32,198 nt of DNA from the IMG/VR virus record IMGVR_UViG_3300027563_000024, positions 1 through 32,198 of that record. One strand, given 5' to 3'. Below the pieces are notes generated by a model. The model was not told where the DNA came from. It did not search any database and saw only the letters and a program-made list of their open reading frames with translations. This document shows positions 27,333-32,198 of the stretch, piece after piece. Source of the stretch: a virus (Duplodnaviria > Caudoviricetes). The stretch's first letter is position 1. Every line of letters begins with the position of its first letter. Position numbers and translations under genes: made by a program.

Positions 27333-27991
27333 GCACAGTCGCACTTTCTCAAACCACTCTGAATATTTTAAAGAACTTTGCAACTATTAATGCTTCTATC
27401 GTCATTACTGAAGGTAATGTATTGAGAACAATTAGTAATGCTGAAAACATCGTAGCGACAGCTGTAGTTGAAGAAACCTTTCCTCAAACATTTGCTATCT
27501 ATGATTTGAATCAATTTCTTTCTGGTATGTCATTGTTTGATAATCCAGTATTGGTATTTGATAATAGTGACTACGTTACTATTCAAGGTGGTCGCAGTCG
27601 CACTAAGTATTATTTTAGTGACCCTGAGATTACCTTAAAGACATCTCCAAACAAGAAAGTAAATTATCCTGGTTCTGATATTCAATTTAATCTGACTGCT
27701 TCTGATATCTCTGGTATTCAGAAAGCAAAAGCAATCTATGATATTCCTGATTTGAATATCACTTCAAAAGAAGAGATTGTTTTGTCTGTTAAAGATAATG
27801 AAGACACAGGATCAAATACATATGAGTTGATTGTTCCAGGAACTTTTACAGGAGAACATTGTCTAAAAGTTAAGGTAGACAATATTCGTCTTCTTACAGG
27901 TGATTATTCTGTTGGTGTTTCTAAGCAGTATATTACTGAGTGGAAAAATCTTAACCTTGATTTAACTTATTATATTGCGCTTGAACCTTGA
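27329..27991 (+). CDS. gp45: Sliding clamp gp45
   Basis: LSQTTLNILKNFATINASI, FAIYDLNQFL, GDYSV, YYIALE. Confidence 0.95.
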   Translation: MSTVALSQTTLNILKNFATINASIVITEGNVLRTISNAENIVATAVVEETFPQTFAIYDLNQFLSGMSLFDNPVLVFDNSDYVTIQGGRSRTKYYFSDPEITLKTSPNKKVNYPGSDIQFNLTASDISGIQKAKAIYDIPDLNITSKEEIVLSVKDNEDTGSNTYELIVPGTFTGEHCLKVKVDNIRLLTGDYSVGVSKQYITEWKNLNLDLTYYIALEP

Positions 27992-28098
27992 TGAAAAATT
28001 TCCTGTGGACCGAAGAGTATCGCCCTCACACAATTGATGATTGTATTCTTCCCAACTCTTTGAAGAAAGTATTTACTGGATTTAATTATGACTTTTAA
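27991..28098 (+). pseudogene. Truncated second copy of the gp44 5' end (35 aa)
   Basis: TGATG overlap with the gp45 stop. Reads MKNFLWTEEYRPHTIDDCILPNSLKKVFTGFNYDF*, versus full gp44 MNKRNDFLWVESYRPQTIEDCILPNSLKKVFTGFIEQ. Confidence 0.85.
28039..28073 (+). repeat. 35-bp direct repeat, copy 1
   Basis: GATTGTATTCTTCCCAACTCTTTGAAGAAAGTATT, identical to 28442-28476. Confidence 0.95.
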
Positions 28099-28342
28099 AT
28101 TAACACAAGAACAGACCGAAACTATTCAAGCAGTATTTGATAAACAATCACTGGGAAATAGTAACTATGATTGTTGGGAAGGAATAAACAAACAACTTCA
28201 ATCAATAGACGAAAGTGATATTCCTATAAATGAAGAAGGGAAAGAAGAAATTCAAATTTTTTATATGGAAAAACATGGGGAATCACGCCCGATACCAGAC
28301 CTGGCATTTTCTATTCATAAAGTGAAAGTCCATAGAGATTGA
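28088..28342 (+). CDS. Orphan acidic hypothetical protein (84 aa) between the two gp44 starts
   Basis: Clean ORF with AATTATG start context like neighbouring genes; overlaps the stop of the truncated gp44 copy. Confidence 0.65.
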   Translation: MTFKLTQEQTETIQAVFDKQSLGNSNYDCWEGINKQLQSIDESDIPINEEGKEEIQIFYMEKHGESRPIPDLAFSIHKVKVHRD

Positions 28343-28384
28343 GATTATTCGCAGATTATTATTACCTTTGAACTTATTTAAATT

Positions 28385-29335
28385 ATGAACAAACGAAATG
28401 ACTTTTTGTGGGTGGAATCTTACAGACCTCAGACTATTGAAGATTGTATTCTTCCCAACTCTTTGAAGAAAGTATTCACTGGGTTTATTGAGCAGGGAGA
28501 GATTTCTAATCTTCTTCTCTCTGGTCCTCCTGGTGTTGGTAAGACCACAGTTGCGAAAGCACTATGCGATGAACTTAATCTAAGCTACATTATTATCAAC
28601 GGTTCTGATGAAGGTCGCTTTCTTGATACCATTCGTACCCGTGTCAAACAGTTCGCCAGTTCTGTCACTTTAACTGGCGGCGGCAAACACAAAGTCGTCA
28701 TTATTGACGAAGCAGATAACACCACGAATGATGTTCAACTCTCGCTACGAGCATTTGTAGAAGAGTTTCATAGCAACTGTCGTTTCATCTTTACTTGTAA
28801 CTTCATCAACAAAATCGTTGAACCCCTCCACTCTCGCTGTACGGTCGTTGATTTCCGTATTAAACCAGCAGAGCAGCAACGCCTTCAGGCACTCTTCTTT
28901 GACCGCCTCAAGGGCATCCTAGACGCCTCTGGCGTGACCTATGAGGATAAGGTGGTAGTCAAACTCATTCAACGTTACTACCCAGACTGGAGACGCTTGC
29001 TGAATGAAGCACAACGTCACTCTGCTGCTGGGTCTTTGGATACTTCTGTGCTATGTGATATCGCTGATGTAAACACAGACCAACTGATGCGAGCTATGAA
29101 GAACAAAGAGTTTACTGTTGTTCGTCAGTGGGTGGTTGATAATATGGATAGTGATCCTAATACTATCATTCGTAAAATCTATAACTCTTTGACTGATGTG
29201 CTTGAAGGTTCTTCTATTCCTCCTGCTGTTCTGGTGCTTGCTAAGTATCAGTATCAGATTGCGTTCGTAGCTGATCAAGAGATTAATCTTCTCGCTTGTC
29301 TAACTGAAATTATGGTGGAGTGTAAATTCCGATGA
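28385..29335 (+). CDS. gp44: Clamp loader subunit gp44
   Basis: LWVESYRP, Walker A GPPGVGKTT, INGSDEG, IIDEADN, FIFTCN, PLHSRC, ADQEINL. Confidence 0.97.
   Translation: MNKRNDFLWVESYRPQTIEDCILPNSLKKVFTGFIEQGEISNLLLSGPPGVGKTTVAKALCDELNLSYIIINGSDEGRFLDTIRTRVKQFASSVTLTGGGKHKVVIIDEADNTTNDVQLSLRAFVEEFHSNCRFIFTCNFINKIVEPLHSRCTVVDFRIKPAEQQRLQALFFDRLKGILDASGVTYEDKVVVKLIQRYYPDWRRLLNEAQRHSAAGSLDTSVLCDIADVNTDQLMRAMKNKEFTVVRQWVVDNMDSDPNTIIRKIYNSLTDVLEGSSIPPAVLVLAKYQYQIAFVADQEINLLACLTEIMVECKFR
28442..28476 (+). repeat. 35-bp direct repeat, copy 2 (inside gp44)
   Basis: Identical to 28039-28073. Confidence 0.95.
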
Positions 29336-30222
29336 AATCTTTGAAAACCCCTCTTCGCTACCCAGGCGGTAAATCTCGTGCTGTGAAGTATTTACTTCCA
29401 CGCTTCCCAAAAGACATCACAGAATACTGTGAACCTTTCATTGGTGGGGGTAGTGTTGCTATCGCATTTACTAAAGAGAACCCAGACATTCCTGTGTGGG
29501 TGAATGACTTGTATGAACCGCTAGTAAACTTCTGGCAACAACTTCAGATGTTTGGATATGATTTAAAAAGTGAATTGGTTGATTGTAAACTTACTCATGA
29601 TACTCCTGAGCTTGCAAGAGAACTTTTTCTAAAGTCAAAGGAGCATATTAATGATAAAACTCAATCAAACTTTAATCGTGCTGTTGCTTTCTACATTCTC
29701 AATAAGTGTTCTTTCTCTGGTCTGACTGAAAGTTCTTCTTTCTCTCCGCAGGCAAGTGTTTCTAACTTCTCAATGAATGGTATTCTGAAACTCTCTGCTT
29801 ATGGTGAACTGATTAAAAATTGGAAGATCACCTGTGGTCCTTACTGGGATATGATGATGACATCCGCTCCTGTTGGAACTTTCTGGTTCTTTGACCCTCC
29901 CTACGATATCAAAGATAATCTCTATGGTAAGAAAGGAGAGATGCACAAAAATTTTAATCACCAAGAATTTCATGCTTGGATTACTCAAGGTAATTTGAAA
30001 GATCGTTGGATGATTACTTACAATACCAATCCAACTCTGGTAGAATGGTATGCTGTATACAATCAAACTAAATGGGATCTTACATATACCATGAGGTCTA
30101 CTGGCGACTATATGAATGAGCAAAAAGATCGTGCTGAACTATTGATTACTAATTATGACGAAACCATCCCTCACGGATTATTTGAATTCCATCAATCAAA
30201 CCAAGAAGTCCATAGTTATTGA
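29332..30222 (+). CDS. dam: DNA adenine methyltransferase (Dam / D12 class)
   Basis: LRYPGGKSR, EPFIGGGSV, VNDL, catalytic DPPY, WMITYN, ELLITNY. Target sequence cannot be read from the protein here. Confidence 0.9.
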   Translation: MKSLKTPLRYPGGKSRAVKYLLPRFPKDITEYCEPFIGGGSVAIAFTKENPDIPVWVNDLYEPLVNFWQQLQMFGYDLKSELVDCKLTHDTPELARELFLKSKEHINDKTQSNFNRAVAFYILNKCSFSGLTESSSFSPQASVSNFSMNGILKLSAYGELIKNWKITCGPYWDMMMTSAPVGTFWFFDPPYDIKDNLYGKKGEMHKNFNHQEFHAWITQGNLKDRWMITYNTNPTLVEWYAVYNQTKWDLTYTMRSTGDYMNEQKDRAELLITNYDETIPHGLFEFHQSNQEVHSY

Positions 30223-30541
30223 CGAGGAAACGGAAAAAGCATATCCACCTTACATTGTCAACAAGTGTCTTGCTGCTTTCCATGATACAGTTCTCTTTGC
30301 TAACGAGATGAATATGTATTCTCATTTGGATAAAAAATTGCAATACGACTTTTTTATAAATAGTATCAACCCGCGCAAGCGATTTTCGCCTTGGGCGAAA
30401 AAGAATCAAATAGAATACCTTGGTGTGGTTAAAGAGTATTATGGTTATAATGACGATAAAGCTTTGCAGGCATTGAGAATTTTATCCAAAGATCAACTTG
30501 AACACATTAAAAAACTTGTAGACAAAGGTGGAAAACGATGA
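30155..30541 (+). CDS. gp62: Clamp loader small subunit gp62
   Basis: YLNSINQTK, YPPYIVNKCL, ANEMN, LQYDFFINS..PRKRFSPW, VKEYYGYN..KA. Confidence 0.95.
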   Translation: MTKPSLTDYLNSINQTKKSIVIDEETEKAYPPYIVNKCLAAFHDTVLFANEMNMYSHLDKKLQYDFFINSINPRKRFSPWAKKNQIEYLGVVKEYYGYNDDKALQALRILSKDQLEHIKKLVDKGGKR

Positions 30542-30963
30542 TTCCAGATATTGAAGTAGAATGGAAACAAGCTGATATGGTTGAGGTTACTCTCAATGAA
30601 CCTGATGATTTTCTGAAGGTCAGAGAAACTCTTACTCGTATTGGTGTTGCTTCTAGAAAAGAAAAAAAGATTTATCAATCTTGTCATATCTTACATAAGC
30701 AAGGTAAGTATTATATCGTTCATTTCAAAGAGCTGTTTGCTCTTGATGGAAAGAATACTAATCTTTCAGTGAATGATTTGCAACGCAGGAATAGAATTAT
30801 TCAACTCCTTTCAGATTGGGGATTGGTTACTGTAGTTAACGCAGATGCTATTGCTGACGTTGCTCCACTAAATCAGATTAAAGTTCTTGCTTTCAAAGAG
30901 AAAGAGGAGTGGACACTAGAAAGCAAATATAACATTGGTCGCAAAAAAACAGTGGAAGAATGA
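30538..30963 (+). CDS. regA: Translational repressor RegA
   Basis: PDDFLKVRETLTRIGVASRKEKKIYQSCHILHKQGKYYIVHFKELFALDG, LLSDWGL, KYNIG. Confidence 0.98.
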   Translation: MIPDIEVEWKQADMVEVTLNEPDDFLKVRETLTRIGVASRKEKKIYQSCHILHKQGKYYIVHFKELFALDGKNTNLSVNDLQRRNRIIQLLSDWGLVTVVNADAIADVAPLNQIKVLAFKEKEEWTLESKYNIGRKKTVEE

Positions 30964-31655
30964 TTGAAAACATTTTAGATAATGCTCATTGCAAAGTAAA
31001 AGACACTCATAAAAATTTACATCGCTGGAAAAATTGGAAACCAAATACACCATTTGCTCCCATCTTTGATGTTCCTTTGTGGATAGAAGATCTAAACCCA
31101 TGGTTTCTGAAAGAAATTGTGGAAGTAATCAAGCAAAAAAATCCTGGCAGTTACCGAGATACATGGCAATCGTATAATATTTTTACTTGGGAAGATGAAC
31201 CAATACGTTTTCTTAAAGCAAGTATCTATAGAATCTATGATGATTACATGAAAGAATTGGGATTAGTTCCAGAACAAGATTTATGGATTCGCGGGTGGGC
31301 AGTTAATCTAGGTAAAAATCAAGGAGTGCCAATTCATTCTCATTCCTATCACGAGAACACTTATCTAAGTGGTAACATCATGATCAGTTCAAATCCAACC
31401 ACAACTGATTATGCTATTCCACATCTTAGCACTTACTATGGATTTTATAGAGTTGAGAATACACCTGCTAGAATGACTATGTTTCCTTCGTGGGTTCAAC
31501 ATAAAGTTGATCCTATTGAAGATGAAGAAAGAATTTCAATCGGGTTTGACATCTTTACTTATTTCAGTATGGAATATATTTCCAAAACAAATAACGTTGA
31601 TGCTTTACTGAATGATCCAATCATGAAAGCAATTCCATTAGTAAAATCCGAATAA
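30960..31655 (+). CDS. Putative 2OG-Fe(II) oxygenase (TIGR02466-like)
   Basis: WAVNL...IHSH, YLSG, MFPSWVQHKV, ERISIGFD. Confidence 0.8.
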   Translation: MIENILDNAHCKVKDTHKNLHRWKNWKPNTPFAPIFDVPLWIEDLNPWFLKEIVEVIKQKNPGSYRDTWQSYNIFTWEDEPIRFLKASIYRIYDDYMKELGLVPEQDLWIRGWAVNLGKNQGVPIHSHSYHENTYLSGNIMISSNPTTTDYAIPHLSTYYGFYRVENTPARMTMFPSWVQHKVDPIEDEERISIGFDIFTYFSMEYISKTNNVDALLNDPIMKAIPLVKSE

Positions 31656-31684
31656 AAAAGCGAGGTTTCCACACCTCGCTTTTT
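31655..31684 (+). terminator. Rho-independent (potentially bidirectional) terminator
   Basis: AAAAAGCGAGGT-TTCCAC-ACCTCGCTTTTT, with A and T runs on either side. Confidence 0.85.
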
Positions 31685-31709
31685 AATGTCAATGAATATA
31701 TAATATTAC

Positions 31710-31728
31710 GAGATGCCTTCGGGGTCTC
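31710..31728 (+). other. C(UUCG)G tetraloop hairpin in the hsp20 leader
   Basis: GAGATGCC-TTCG-GGGTCTC (one bulge, one G-U) upstream of AAGGAG SD. Confidence 0.65.
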
Positions 31729-31760
31729 AAATAACACTCGCTTATTTAAGGAGAACTAAA

Positions 31761-32198
31761 ATGACTAACTTATCGTGGCAGGTTTACCAGCCATTCAACG
31801 TAGGATTGGATGACATTTTTCATAGACTAGATGCTATGTCAGGTCACAACACCACTTATCCTCCATACAATTTAATCAAACACGATGCCGCTAACTACGA
31901 AATTGAAATCGCTCTGGCTGGATTTACAGCAGATGAGATTGAAATCTCTACAGAACAGAACATTCTCAGAGTTACCTCTAAGGTTGAGAAACGAGATATT
32001 GAACGAACCTATTTACACAAAGGTCTTTCCAAACGTTCCTTTAATAATTCATGGCAACTATCAGAAGATGTGAGAGTTGCTTCAGTAGATTTTAATCATG
32101 GGTTATTATCAATTTCATTAGAAAAAATTATTCCTGAGCATCAAAAGAAAACCACTTACAATATTGGAACACCAATAAAGGCAAGTGGCAAAAAACAA
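31761..32198 (+). CDS. hsp20: Small heat shock protein Hsp20 (IbpA-like), truncated by window end
   Basis: AAGGAG SD and ATG 31761: MTNLSWQVYQPFNVGLDDIFHRL...YPPYNLIK...YEIEIALAGF...YLHKGLSKRSF...GLLSISLEKIIPE. Absent from the ORF track because there is no stop in the window. Confidence 0.93.
   Translation, partial: MTNLSWQVYQPFNVGLDDIFHRLDAMSGHNTTYPPYNLIKHDAANYEIEIALAGFTADEIEISTEQNILRVTSKVEKRDIERTYLHKGLSKRSFNNSWQLSEDVRVASVDFNHGLLSISLEKIIPEHQKKTTYNIGTPIKASGKKQ

Noticed and set aside
453-31101. All minus-strand ORFs in the ORF track
   Set aside because: Short, lie opposite recognised + strand genes, and have no recognisable motifs; treated as antisense shadows.
1-32198. tRNA genes, CRISPR arrays, IS elements, recoded stop codons, DGR template/variable repeats
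   Set aside because: Intergenic gaps are too short and show no cloverleaf or repeat-spacer pattern. Core genes translate intact in the standard code. The gp44 repeat differences are not adenine-specific and no reverse transcriptase is present.

Overview
A 32 kb, gene-dense, AT-rich stretch of a T4-like myovirus whose gene order and proteins match cyanophage-type (Kyanoviridae-like) T4 relatives. The host is inferred, not shown, and no photosynthesis genes lie in this window. All supported genes are on the + strand. Left to right: an accessory modification-enzyme cluster (two 2OG-Fe(II)-oxygenase-like genes and a U32-family/SAM-methyltransferase fusion); the late morphogenesis block gp13-14-15-16-(3 small ORFs)-17-18-19-20-21-22-23-gp3 with T4-type late promoters; uvsY-uvsW; then the early/middle block gp55-47-46, an HEXXH/VWA + CobS/MoxR-like AAA pair, DUF3310-like, gp45, gp44, DNA adenine methylase, gp62, regA, a third oxygenase and hsp20 (truncated by the window end). 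Most notable: (1) the U32-like Fe-S hydroxylase-methyltransferase fusion next to O2-dependent oxygenases; (2) a duplicated gp44 5' end, where 35-bp direct repeats bracket a 403-bp potentially excisable cassette carrying an orphan ORF; (3) a perfect-consensus antisense sigma70 promoter back-to-back with the gp55 promoter and aimed at uvsW and the late genes; (4) a terminator hairpin before gp13 with a late-promoter-like motif in its loop. Family assignments come from motif recognition and synteny, not database searches.
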